DNA of 64,000 nt from Candidatus Levybacteria bacterium RIFCSPHIGHO2_02_FULL_40_18 (GTDB taxonomy: Bacteria; Patescibacteriota; Microgenomatia; Levybacterales; GWA1-39-11), in the NCBI GenBank assembly GCA_001782235.1, contig MFOC01000007.1, positions 315,909-379,908 on the forward strand, written 5' to 3'. Each line of letters begins with the position of its first letter. Positions within the stretch are counted from its first letter, which is position 1. The position numbers and the translations under genes were made by a program. Of the stretch, positions 55,930 through 64,000 are shown in pieces. Under the pieces are notes generated by a model. That model did no database searches. It was given only the letters and a program-made list of their open reading frames with translations, and was not told where the DNA came from.

Positions 55930-56817
55930 ATGTTCGGATTTCTAAAACATCTATTAATTCCTCATGAGAAAAATAATCACAGAGCAAAGCTCCTTCATAA
56001 TTCAAGCCTCGCTACAATTCTTTCGCTGTTTCTTATCTTAAATTTTGCTTGGTACTTAATCAGCGCATTAAGGCCGGATGTTTTAGGTGTTTCCTACTCA
56101 ATTTCGGAGAGCGAACTGCTTGAATTAGTAAATAAGGAGAGAGGCCAAAATGGGCGTGCCCCGCTGACATTAAACCCTCAGTTGTCGGATGCCGCAAGAA
56201 GAAAAGCAGCAGATATGCTTGAGAAAAATTATTGGGCCCATTTTTCTCCGGACGGATCAACTTCTCCCTGGGGATTCATACGTGCGGCAGGATACAATTA
56301 TGTTCATGCCGGAGAGAATTTGGCACGCGGCTTTACGGATTCGTCAGCAGTAGTCACTGCCTGGATGGCCTCCCAATCTCACCGCGACAACATCTTGGCA
56401 GACAAATATCGCGATGTTGGATTTGCTATAGTGCCGGGGACATTAAACGGGGAAGAAACGGTCTTGATTGTGGAGATGTTTGGATCATCCGTGTCGCCAT
56501 TTATAGCTACTGTTTCATCAAATGAAGAAGTAAAGCAAGTATCCACCGAATCCGCTCCTCTATCTTCTTCCCCATCGGGCACTGCCATTGAAAACCCCAC
56601 AAAACTTCTCGCAGCGCCCAAGATAGACTCAAGAATTACATCAAGAGCTATCTCAACAGTTGGCTTGACATTCCTGGCTTTTGCGTTTATTACGGATCTT
56701 GTTATTGTTGAAAGAAAAAAGATTCCAAGAATTGTAGGTCATAATCTTGATCATATAATATTAATAGTTGGGTTTCTATTATTTGTTATATTACAGAGAA
56801 GTGGAAGCATTTTATGA
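55930..56817 (+). CDS. CAP/SCP/PR-1 domain protein, membrane-anchored
   Basis: CAP-domain motifs (YWAHFSPDGS ... HAGENLARG ... AWMASQSHRDNIL) with TM helices at both ends. Confidence 0.7.
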   Translation: MFGFLKHLLIPHEKNNHRAKLLHNSSLATILSLFLILNFAWYLISALRPDVLGVSYSISESELLELVNKERGQNGRAPLTLNPQLSDAARRKAADMLEKNYWAHFSPDGSTSPWGFIRAAGYNYVHAGENLARGFTDSSAVVTAWMASQSHRDNILADKYRDVGFAIVPGTLNGEETVLIVEMFGSSVSPFIATVSSNEEVKQVSTESAPLSSSPSGTAIENPTKLLAAPKIDSRITSRAISTVGLTFLAFAFITDLVIVERKKIPRIVGHNLDHIILIVGFLLFVILQRSGSIL

Positions 56818-57080
56818 TTTTGGAAAGAATCCCACACCAATTATACTATTTACTCGAGCTTTTAGCCTTAACTTTAGGTTTTTTCTTAGTTTTTTTACTT
56901 TCTACAAACTTTATACTTCAATTATTGACAATTGGCATAATGTTGTCTTTGTACACACTTATTGGAATAGTGCACCATAAGATTCATCACACTCTCAAAC
57001 TTAAAGTTGTGGTAGAATATATACTTGTAAGTGCAGTCCTATTTGCTGCATTTTTGTTTCTAAACATAAGCAAATTCTAA
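56814..57080 (+). CDS. small hypothetical membrane protein (3 TM)
   Basis: 88 aa, almost entirely hydrophobic helices. Overlaps the upstream stop. Confidence 0.4.
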   Translation: MILERIPHQLYYLLELLALTLGFFLVFLLSTNFILQLLTIGIMLSLYTLIGIVHHKIHHTLKLKVVVEYILVSAVLFAAFLFLNISKF

Positions 57081-57184
57081 TAAGTTAGTTTGTCATCCTG
57101 AGCCTACAGGCGAAGGATCTTTGTATTAAAAGCGCTCTAGGGCAAGATTCTTCACTACGTTCAGAATGACATTATAATGAAAAT

Positions 57185-57922
57185 ATGAAGGGAGTGATAC
57201 TTGCAGGAGGACTTGCTACACGCTTAAGACCACTTACTTGGGTTACTAACAAACATCTTCTGCCCGTATACAACAAGCCGATGATCTATTATCCGCTTGA
57301 GGCGATGGCCCGCGCAGAAGTAAAAGAGGTTCTGCTCACAAGTTCGTCAGATCATTCGGGAGATTTTGAAACACTTCTTAAAAGCGGTGAAGAATTCGGA
57401 CTCCAATTATTTTATGCAGTCCAGGAAAATCCCAAAGGTGGAATTGCGGAGGCTATAATGCTTGCTGAGGAGTTTGCCCAAGGTGAGAGAATCGTTGTAA
57501 TCCTTGGGGATAATATTTTTAACTTTGACCTTAGAAGCGCAAGAGAAAAGTTCGAGAAAAGAGGCGAAGGGGCAATGGTATTTGGAGTTCGCATGCCAAC
57601 AGAGTCAAAGCAATATGGAGTAATTGAAATTGATTCTAGTGGAAAGGTTATTTCAATAGAAGAGAAACCTGAAAAGCCAAAATCTGACATTGCGCAAACT
57701 GGAATATATATGTATGACGAGACTGTTTTTGACAAGATTAAAAACCTCTCTCCCTCTGCACGTGGAGAGATTGAAGTTACGGATCTAAATAACATTTTTG
57801 TTAAAGAGGGAACAGCCATATGTGAATTAATAGACTGGTGGATTGACGCAGGAACATCTCATGATGAGCTGCTTAGGGCAAATAACCTGGTTTACGAGAA
57901 GGTAAAGGCAGGCGAGCTATGA
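57185..57922 (+). CDS. sugar-1-phosphate nucleotidyltransferase (short RmlA-like glucose-1-phosphate thymidylyltransferase)
   Basis: GVILAGGLATRLRPLT...KHLLPVYNKPMIYY N-terminal signature of RmlA/GlmU-type NTP transferases. Confidence 0.75.
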   Translation: MKGVILAGGLATRLRPLTWVTNKHLLPVYNKPMIYYPLEAMARAEVKEVLLTSSSDHSGDFETLLKSGEEFGLQLFYAVQENPKGGIAEAIMLAEEFAQGERIVVILGDNIFNFDLRSAREKFEKRGEGAMVFGVRMPTESKQYGVIEIDSSGKVISIEEKPEKPKSDIAQTGIYMYDETVFDKIKNLSPSARGEIEVTDLNNIFVKEGTAICELIDWWIDAGTSHDELLRANNLVYEKVKAGEL

Positions 57923-58392
57923 TCGAATGTGAGTTTGAAAATGGCAACAAAGCAAATCTTCGACATGTTACAGTAAAGGCACTGACAATTAATGATAGAC
58001 ACGAAGTTCTTCTAACCAAGAGGGCTCCACATTTGTTGAGAGGCGGAAAATACGATATTCCCGGAGGCTTTATGGATCGTGATGAAGATACAAGGGAATG
58101 TGCGCTAAGAGAGTTGTTTGAAGAAACAGGTATTAAAGGGGAGGTCGAATTTCTTTTGAGGATAAATGACAATCCAGAAAGACCAAAAGAAGATAGGCAA
58201 AATGTGGATTTTATATATGTTGTGAAAGCAGTGGAGGGAGAGCTAAGGCTTGATCATGAGGGTATAGAGGTCGGGTGGTTTTCCGAAAAGGATTTACCCT
58301 CAGAAGATAAATTTGCTTTTGATCATCGTGATTCCATCCTCAAATACTTTCAATATTTGAAAGCGCCGTTTGAACTCCCTATAATTGGATAG
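57919..58392 (+). CDS. NUDIX hydrolase
   Basis: Nudix box GGKYDIPGGFMDRDEDTRECALRELFEETGI. Confidence 0.75.
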   Translation: MIECEFENGNKANLRHVTVKALTINDRHEVLLTKRAPHLLRGGKYDIPGGFMDRDEDTRECALRELFEETGIKGEVEFLLRINDNPERPKEDRQNVDFIYVVKAVEGELRLDHEGIEVGWFSEKDLPSEDKFAFDHRDSILKYFQYLKAPFELPIIG

Positions 58393-58394
58393 GT

Positions 58395-59408
58395 ATGAGA
58401 TTGTTAGTCACCGGTGGAGCTGGATTTATCGGTTCGAATTTTATTCTTTATTGGTTAAAAAACCATCCAGAAGATGAAATTGTAAACTTTGATAAGCTAA
58501 CTTATGCAGGAAACCTTGAGAACTTAAAAAGTATCGAGGGCACTCCGAATTATAAGTTTGTAAAAGGTGATATTGCAAATGCGGATGATGTCGCGGCAGT
58601 AATTCTCGGGATTGATATTGTTGTTCATTTTGCCGCAGAAAGTCATGTTGACCGTTCAATTCATGATTCTGCCCCATTCATCATGACAAACGTCGCCGGG
58701 ACTCAAATTCTCCTTGACGCTGCGCTTAAAAATAATGTTAAAAGGTTCCACCATGTCAGTACGGATGAGGTTTTTGGATCACTAGAATTGAACGATCCGA
58801 ACAAATTTAATGAACGAACAAATTATAACCCCAGAAGTCCTTATTCGGCAAGTAAAGCCGGTTCGGATCATTTGGTTAGTGCTTATTATTATACATACAA
58901 TCTTCCGATTACAATTACAAACTGCTCAAACAATTTCGGTCCGTATCAGTTCCCTGAAAAAATTATTCCTCTTGCAATCACTAATCTTCTTGAAGGAAAA
59001 AAAGTTCCAATATACGGAGATGGTTTGTATGTTCGCGATTGGCTTTATGTGGAGGATCATGTAAAGGCAATCGAAGCGGTTCTTGACAAAGGAAAAATCG
59101 GCGAAACTTATCTTATAGGTGGCATGACAGAAGATATTCCTAACATTGAAGTTGCCAAAAAAATTGTTCGCATTTTAGGAAAATCGGAAGGTGATATTGA
59201 ATTTGTTAAGGATCGTCCCGGACATGACAGGCGTTATGCTATTGATTGGTCAAAAATTAAAAACGAGTTAGGCTGGAAGCCACTCCATGATTTTGACACG
59301 TGGCTTAAGAAAACAGTAGAGTGGTATAAAGAGAATGAAGATTGGTGGAGAGAGGTAAAGAGCGGTGAATATCAGAAGTACTATGAAAAACAGTACAATA
59401 ATAAATAG
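58395..59408 (+). CDS. rfbB: dTDP-glucose 4,6-dehydratase
   Basis: LVTGGAGFIGSNF Rossmann motif, YSASKAGSDHL catalytic YxxxK and HVSTDEVFG. Confidence 0.88.
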   Translation: MRLLVTGGAGFIGSNFILYWLKNHPEDEIVNFDKLTYAGNLENLKSIEGTPNYKFVKGDIANADDVAAVILGIDIVVHFAAESHVDRSIHDSAPFIMTNVAGTQILLDAALKNNVKRFHHVSTDEVFGSLELNDPNKFNERTNYNPRSPYSASKAGSDHLVSAYYYTYNLPITITNCSNNFGPYQFPEKIIPLAITNLLEGKKVPIYGDGLYVRDWLYVEDHVKAIEAVLDKGKIGETYLIGGMTEDIPNIEVAKKIVRILGKSEGDIEFVKDRPGHDRRYAIDWSKIKNELGWKPLHDFDTWLKKTVEWYKENEDWWREVKSGEYQKYYEKQYNNK

Positions 59409-59479
59409 CTATATAGCTTAAATGGTTAAAATAGTTTTAAAACTATTTAGCTATTCAACTATTTAGCTATTTTTATATT

Positions 59480-60418
59480 ATGAAGATAGCATTGACTGGG
59501 GCGAGTGGACTTATTGGCTCGCGTTTTTTTGACTTACTCAAAAGTAAATATGAAATTATACCCCTCTCTTCCTCGTATGGCGTGGATATAACCGATAAGA
59601 CTAAGCTAGAGAGATTTTTATCTAACAAAAATCCGGCACTTATTGCTCACATGGCAGCAAAGACAGGCGTTGATAGCTGTGAGCAAGATCGGGAAACCGA
59701 TATCAAAAAGCTAAAAAAAGCTCGAGTCTATATAGAAGATAAAAAATTAGACGTTTTAGCAATAGATCCAACCGAATGGAAGAATGAAGTTTCCGCCTTT
59801 GCAATCAACGTAGTTGGAACCAAAAACCTCTCGGATTATGCTCAAAAAAATGAAATTCCACTAATTTACATCTCTACAGATTTTGTTTTTGACGGAGAAA
59901 AAAACGGCGAGTATACGGAAGAAGACGAGACGAATCCTATTAATTGGTATGGACAAACTAAACTTTGGGGAGAGAAGGTTCTGCCCCAAGAACATTTAAT
60001 AACGAGAACGTCTTACCCTTATGGATATAAATCACAGATAAAGAAAGATTTTATATGGAGCCTTGTGGATCTTATTCAAAGTCAAGATATTGCAAGACTT
60101 GTTTCAGACCAGATTATTACACCGACTTTTATTGACAACATAGTTTACGCACTTGATTTTTTGATAGAGAAAAAAGCGCGAGGTTTATTAAATGTCGTGG
60201 GCAATAACTTTCTCTCGCCATACGAAATAGGCATTGCGATTTCTCGTGAATTTGGCATTCCCGAGATAAAAATTGAGACTGTAACGCGAGAAAAACTATA
60301 TAAAGGTCGAGCGCACCGACCCTTTAAAGTAATGCTTAAAAATGATAAACTTAGGGATCTCGGTTTTGAAATGACCGATTTTTTTGAAACTCTAAAGTTA
60401 ATTAAGAAAGGAATATAG
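59480..60418 (+). CDS. rfbD: dTDP-4-dehydrorhamnose reductase-like NAD(P)-dependent reductase (with ~50-aa insertion)
   Basis: IALTGASGLIGSRF N-terminus and RmlD-like C-terminal region (YISTDFVFDGEK...YGQTK). Confidence 0.7.
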   Translation: MKIALTGASGLIGSRFFDLLKSKYEIIPLSSSYGVDITDKTKLERFLSNKNPALIAHMAAKTGVDSCEQDRETDIKKLKKARVYIEDKKLDVLAIDPTEWKNEVSAFAINVVGTKNLSDYAQKNEIPLIYISTDFVFDGEKNGEYTEEDETNPINWYGQTKLWGEKVLPQEHLITRTSYPYGYKSQIKKDFIWSLVDLIQSQDIARLVSDQIITPTFIDNIVYALDFLIEKKARGLLNVVGNNFLSPYEIGIAISREFGIPEIKIETVTREKLYKGRAHRPFKVMLKNDKLRDLGFEMTDFFETLKLIKKGI

Positions 60419-60489
60419 GCTTGTAGGCCCTCTCCTAAAATCCTCTCCCTTGAGGGAAAGGAAAGAAGAAGAAAGGCGGAATGCATATT

Positions 60490-61779
60490 ATGAAAATCGC
60501 TTTTGTTGGTCACGGATATGTCGGACTTGTCACGGCCGCTGTTTTTGCCGATTTTGGAAATGAAGTTTTTGTCATCGGGCATACAAAAAAGAAGGTTGAA
60601 GACTTAAAACGGGGAATAATTCCTTTTTATGAGCCGGGACTTTCAGAATTAGTTAAAAAAAACATAGAGGCAAAAAGATTGAATTTTACACTTGATTACA
60701 CGCCTTCTGTGCCAGAGTCTGATGCCGTATTCATAGCTGTTGGGACTCCTGCAACTCTGACAGGGGACGCAGATTTATCAACGGTTCTTGAGGTTGCGCA
60801 AGAGATAGGAAAAAATCTTGAAGGCTATACTGTGGTTGCAACAAAGAGTACGGTTCCAACGGGGACAAATAAAAAAGTTCAGAAGATTCTTGAGGAGGCA
60901 AAGCCTCGCGGAGCAGAAGTTGACTACGCATCAGTTCCTGAGTTTTTACGCGAGGGAAGCGCGATTTCGGACACCATGAACCCAGATAGAGTTGTCATAG
61001 GGACTGAGTCTGCCCGCGCTCAAGAAGTTTTAATTAAATTACATGAACCAATTGGCGCGCCAATTCTTTTAACCAATTTCGAAACGGCAGAACTTATAAA
61101 ATATGCCTCTAACTCTTTTTTGGCGCTAAAGATTTCCTATGCCAATGCTATAGCAAAACTCTCAGAACTCGTGGGAGCAGATGCTTTAAAAGTTCTCGAG
61201 GGATTAGGTATGGATAAAAGAATTGGTAACATGTTTTTAGCTCCAGGACCGGGGTACGGAGGAAGTTGTTTCCCAAAAGATGTAAAAGCACTTATATCAA
61301 TTGCAAAGGATAATGATTATGCCTTTTCATTACTCGAAGAGGTGGAAAACATAAATCATCAGGCAAGGCGCGACATCGTTCGAAAAGCTCGAAAAATTTT
61401 AGGGGATGTTAGGGGCAAAAAGATTGGGATTTTTGGACTTGCTTTTAAGCCGAACACTGATGATATGAGATATGCTCCAAGCATAGATATAATCACAATG
61501 CTTACGAATGATGGAGCAAAGATAACCGCGTTTGACCCAAAAGCCCACAATAACGCAAAAGACGTTCTATCTAATATAGCTTATGCAGATGATATGTATT
61601 CTGTTTCAGACGATGCGGATCTATTAATCTTGTTAACCGAGTGGAATGAATTTCGCGAGATAAATTTTAATGAAATAAAGAAGCGTATGAAAGCACTTAA
61701 CATTATTGATGGCCGCAATATTTATGACCCTGAGCAACTTCGCGCGCTTGGTTTCAATTATGTGGGAGTTGGTAGATGA
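60490..61779 (+). CDS. ugd: UDP-glucose 6-dehydrogenase (nucleotide-sugar dehydrogenase family)
   Basis: IAFVGHGYVGLVTAAVFA Rossmann motif and the catalytic GGSCFPKD. Confidence 0.85.
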   Translation: MKIAFVGHGYVGLVTAAVFADFGNEVFVIGHTKKKVEDLKRGIIPFYEPGLSELVKKNIEAKRLNFTLDYTPSVPESDAVFIAVGTPATLTGDADLSTVLEVAQEIGKNLEGYTVVATKSTVPTGTNKKVQKILEEAKPRGAEVDYASVPEFLREGSAISDTMNPDRVVIGTESARAQEVLIKLHEPIGAPILLTNFETAELIKYASNSFLALKISYANAIAKLSELVGADALKVLEGLGMDKRIGNMFLAPGPGYGGSCFPKDVKALISIAKDNDYAFSLLEEVENINHQARRDIVRKARKILGDVRGKKIGIFGLAFKPNTDDMRYAPSIDIITMLTNDGAKITAFDPKAHNNAKDVLSNIAYADDMYSVSDDADLLILLTEWNEFREINFNEIKKRMKALNIIDGRNIYDPEQLRALGFNYVGVGR

Positions 61780-62732
61780 AAAAGGCATTTATTACAGGGA
61801 TTACTGGCTTTGCGGGAAGTTTTTTGGCCGAACACCTTGTTGGGGAAGGGGAGTATGAAATTTCAGGTACTTACTTGACAGATGGGAGCCTTAAAAATGT
61901 ATCAAACATTCAGTCCAAGGTTAAATTAAATAAAGTAGATCTTCAGGACGCAAGCGCTGTCAAAGCAATAATCACAGAAGTAAAACCAGATTTAATATTT
62001 CATCTGGCTGCTCTAACGGCTCCCGGAGAAAGTTTTGAAAATCCGGGCGAATTCATCACTAATAATATTTTAGCTCAGGTTAACGTGTTTGAGGCAGTAA
62101 GAAGTTCCAAGCTTAAATCAAAAATTCTTATTGTTTCTTCCGCAGAGGTGTATGGAAATGTTAGTCCGCAAGATCTCCCGGTTGATGAGGAGACACGCCT
62201 TTTGCCTGTCAACCCATACGCAGTATCAAAAGTTGCCTGCGATTTTTTGGGCCTGCAATATTTCCTGGCATATAAAATACCGATAATTCGTGTTCGGCCA
62301 TTTAATCACATTGGACCAAGGCAATCTCCGTCTTTTGTTGTTGCTTCTTTTGCCAAGAAAATCGCTGAGATTGAGACAGAAAAGATCGAACCGGTTTTAA
62401 AGGTTGGAAATCTCTTGGCAAAACGCGATTTAACCGATGTTCGTGATACTGTTCGTTCTTATCAACTATTGATTGAGAAAGGAGAGCCAGGCGAGGTTTA
62501 CAATATAGGATCGGGTCGATCTTATGAAATTAAATACCTGTTAGATACGCTTTTATCATTCTCGAGTAAAAAAATAAATGTGGAATCTGATCCGGCGCTT
62601 ATGCGGCCGGTTGATGTTCCGGAACTTGTTTGCGACAACTCAAAGATCAGAAAGCAAACAGGTTGGGAGCCAAAAATTCCAATAGAACAGACAATTCGTG
62701 AGACTCTAGACTATTGGAGAAGCATAGTTTAA
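61776..62732 (+). CDS. rmd: GDP-6-deoxy-D-mannose reductase-like NAD-dependent epimerase/dehydratase
   Basis: FITGITGFAGSFLAEHL and the YAVSKVACD YxxxK motif. Sits immediately upstream of gmd. Confidence 0.7.
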   Translation: MKKAFITGITGFAGSFLAEHLVGEGEYEISGTYLTDGSLKNVSNIQSKVKLNKVDLQDASAVKAIITEVKPDLIFHLAALTAPGESFENPGEFITNNILAQVNVFEAVRSSKLKSKILIVSSAEVYGNVSPQDLPVDEETRLLPVNPYAVSKVACDFLGLQYFLAYKIPIIRVRPFNHIGPRQSPSFVVASFAKKIAEIETEKIEPVLKVGNLLAKRDLTDVRDTVRSYQLLIEKGEPGEVYNIGSGRSYEIKYLLDTLLSFSSKKINVESDPALMRPVDVPELVCDNSKIRKQTGWEPKIPIEQTIRETLDYWRSIV

Positions 62733-62741
62733 AATAATTGC

Positions 62742-63719
62742 ATGGCAAAAAAGGCTTTAATTACGGGAATTACTGGGCAAGATGGTTCATATCTTGCAGA
62801 ATTTCTGCTTAAAAAGGGGTATAAAGTTTATGGTTTAACTCGTCGTACGAGTACGGTAAATTTTGAAAGAATAAAGCATATTGAGGATCAAATAGAACTT
62901 ATCCAAGGTGACCTTTTAGATCAAGGCTCATTGCACGATGCTTTATATACCACACAACCTGAGGAGGTATATAATCTTGGCGCGCAGTCTTTTGTTAAGA
63001 CTTCCTGGAATCAACCAGTCTTAACAGGCGAGGTAACTGCAATAGGTGTTACTAGAATGCTTGAGGCAATACGGGCGGTTAATCTTAAGATTAAATTTTA
63101 TCAAGCTTCATCCTCTGAAATGTTTGGAAAAGTTACCGAAACCCCACAAAAGGAAACAACCCGTTTCCATCCAAGAAGCCCTTATGGCGTTGCAAAAGTC
63201 TACGGGCATTATATAACCGTAAATTACAGAGAAAGTTATGGTATCTTTGCTTGTTCCGGTATTTGTTTCAATCATGAATCTCCCCGCCGCGGACTTGAAT
63301 TTGTTACGAGGAAAATTAGTCACGGAGTTGCTCGTATTAGTCTTGGTAAGCAAAAGAAAATTGAACTAGGAGATTTAAAACCAAAACGAGATTGGGGATT
63401 TGCAGGCGATTATGTTGAAGCAATGTGGCATATGCTGCAGCAAGACGAGCCCGATGACTATGTGATCGCAACCGGTGAGAATCACAGTGTCGAAGAGTTT
63501 GTAAAACTTGCTTTTGATGTGATTGGAATTAAAAATTGGCAGGATCATGTTGAGCCAAATAAAGAAGCACATATGAGACCGGCAGAAGTAGATTATCTTG
63601 TTGGTGATTATTCAAAGGCAAAAAAGGTATTAGGATGGGAGCCAAAAACGAGCTTCAAAGAACTTGTTCGAATGATGGTTGAGGCAGATATTGAGATGGA
63701 GAAAAAGAACCATTCATAA
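62742..63719 (+). CDS. gmd: GDP-mannose 4,6-dehydratase
   Basis: [39 protein letters not shown] and the Gmd-specific NHESPRRG. Confidence 0.9.
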   Translation: MAKKALITGITGQDGSYLAEFLLKKGYKVYGLTRRTSTVNFERIKHIEDQIELIQGDLLDQGSLHDALYTTQPEEVYNLGAQSFVKTSWNQPVLTGEVTAIGVTRMLEAIRAVNLKIKFYQASSSEMFGKVTETPQKETTRFHPRSPYGVAKVYGHYITVNYRESYGIFACSGICFNHESPRRGLEFVTRKISHGVARISLGKQKKIELGDLKPKRDWGFAGDYVEAMWHMLQQDEPDDYVIATGENHSVEEFVKLAFDVIGIKNWQDHVEPNKEAHMRPAEVDYLVGDYSKAKKVLGWEPKTSFKELVRMMVEADIEMEKKNHS

Positions 63720-63786
63720 TTTTCCCCAATTTAAACTACTAGTTGCTCAAATGCTTCAAAAGACGATAGAATAGTTATAAAGCTTT

Positions 63787-64000
63787 ATGAAGGCTGTTGT
63801 TATAATTCCCACTTACAACGAGAGGGGCAATATAGAAAGAATTGTTCCTATTACCGAAGAGGTATTTAAGAAAATAAAGAATTACGAGATGGCAATTCTT
63901 GTTGCAGATGACAACTCGCCTGATGGAACCGCAGAGTTAGTCAAAGATCTCTCCAAAAAATACAACAATATAGAATTATCGCAGGGTGAACGGCAAGGTT
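63787..64000 (+). CDS. GT2 glycosyltransferase (polyprenol-phosphate mannose synthase-like), 3' partial at window edge
   Basis: MKAVVIIPTYNERGNIERIV...AILVADDNSPDGTAELV matches the GT2 / Dpm1-like N-terminus. Truncated by the window end. Confidence 0.75.
   Translation, partial: MKAVVIIPTYNERGNIERIVPITEEVFKKIKNYEMAILVADDNSPDGTAELVKDLSKKYNNIELSQGERQG

Noticed and set aside
60145-60582. Antisense ORF 60145-60582(-) and similar long antisense ORFs within rfbD, ugd, topA, secA
   Set aside because: They are fully embedded antisense to well-supported genes, with no motifs, and are typical shadow ORFs.
1-64000. CRISPR arrays, integrases/transposases, prophage genes, rRNA operons
   Set aside because: No regularly spaced identical direct repeats with unique spacers. 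The dispersed repeats are palindromic and heptamer-periodic, not CRISPR-like. No tyrosine or serine recombinase, transposase, capsid or terminase-like ORFs were found, and no 16S/23S-like sequence.

Overview
This is an AT-rich, gene-dense bacterial window whose content points to a reduced-genome Candidate Phyla Radiation (Patescibacteria-like) organism. The lineage call rests on a split transketolase, a class I LysRS, a truncated TsaB, DUF2079, and LTD and CarboxypepD_reg surface proteins. The standard genetic code is used (TAA, TAG and TGA all appear as stops).

Core genes identified include rplM(partial)-rpsI, recA-recX, RNase Y, HU, miaA, a UvrD/PcrA helicase fused to a RecB/Cas4-like nuclease, topA, tsaD, greA, class I lysK, rdgB, serS, secA, an NRAMP transporter, prfB, ftsE-ftsX-M23 peptidase, tsaE-tsaC-tsaB, and a dTDP-/GDP-rhamnose plus GT2 glycan cluster. 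I also call two RNA genes that the ORF track cannot show: a minus-strand tRNA-Pro(GGG) and a minus-strand RNase P RNA (rnpB) whose 3' end lies antisense to the miaA stop.

The most unusual content falls into three groups:
- An orphan 447-aa protein (3136-4479) with a clear C-terminal PD-(D/E)xK nuclease motif. It is translationally coupled to a small ORF and followed by a dense array of about ten CCACAA/TTGTGG hexamers, three of them perfect palindromic pairs. This could be a novel nuclease or defence module, an operator array, or a DnaA-box-like cluster.
- Several families of short, heptamer-periodic, palindromic MITE/REP-like repeats fill intercistronic gaps and supply stop and start codons. 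Fragments of them, and GC-rich mini-palindromes, sit in frame inside essential genes (tsaE, tsaD, a SpoU methyltransferase, glycerate kinase, topA, secA, the helicase), much like the Rickettsia palindromic element phenomenon.
- Candidate regulatory structures: a perfect 24-bp palindrome between divergent genes, a recurring GC-rich hairpin motif near gene 5' ends, pseudoknot-like inverted repeats, and a 12-codon Arg/Lys-rich ORF with its own SD and terminator.

No CRISPR array, integrase, transposase or rRNA was seen.
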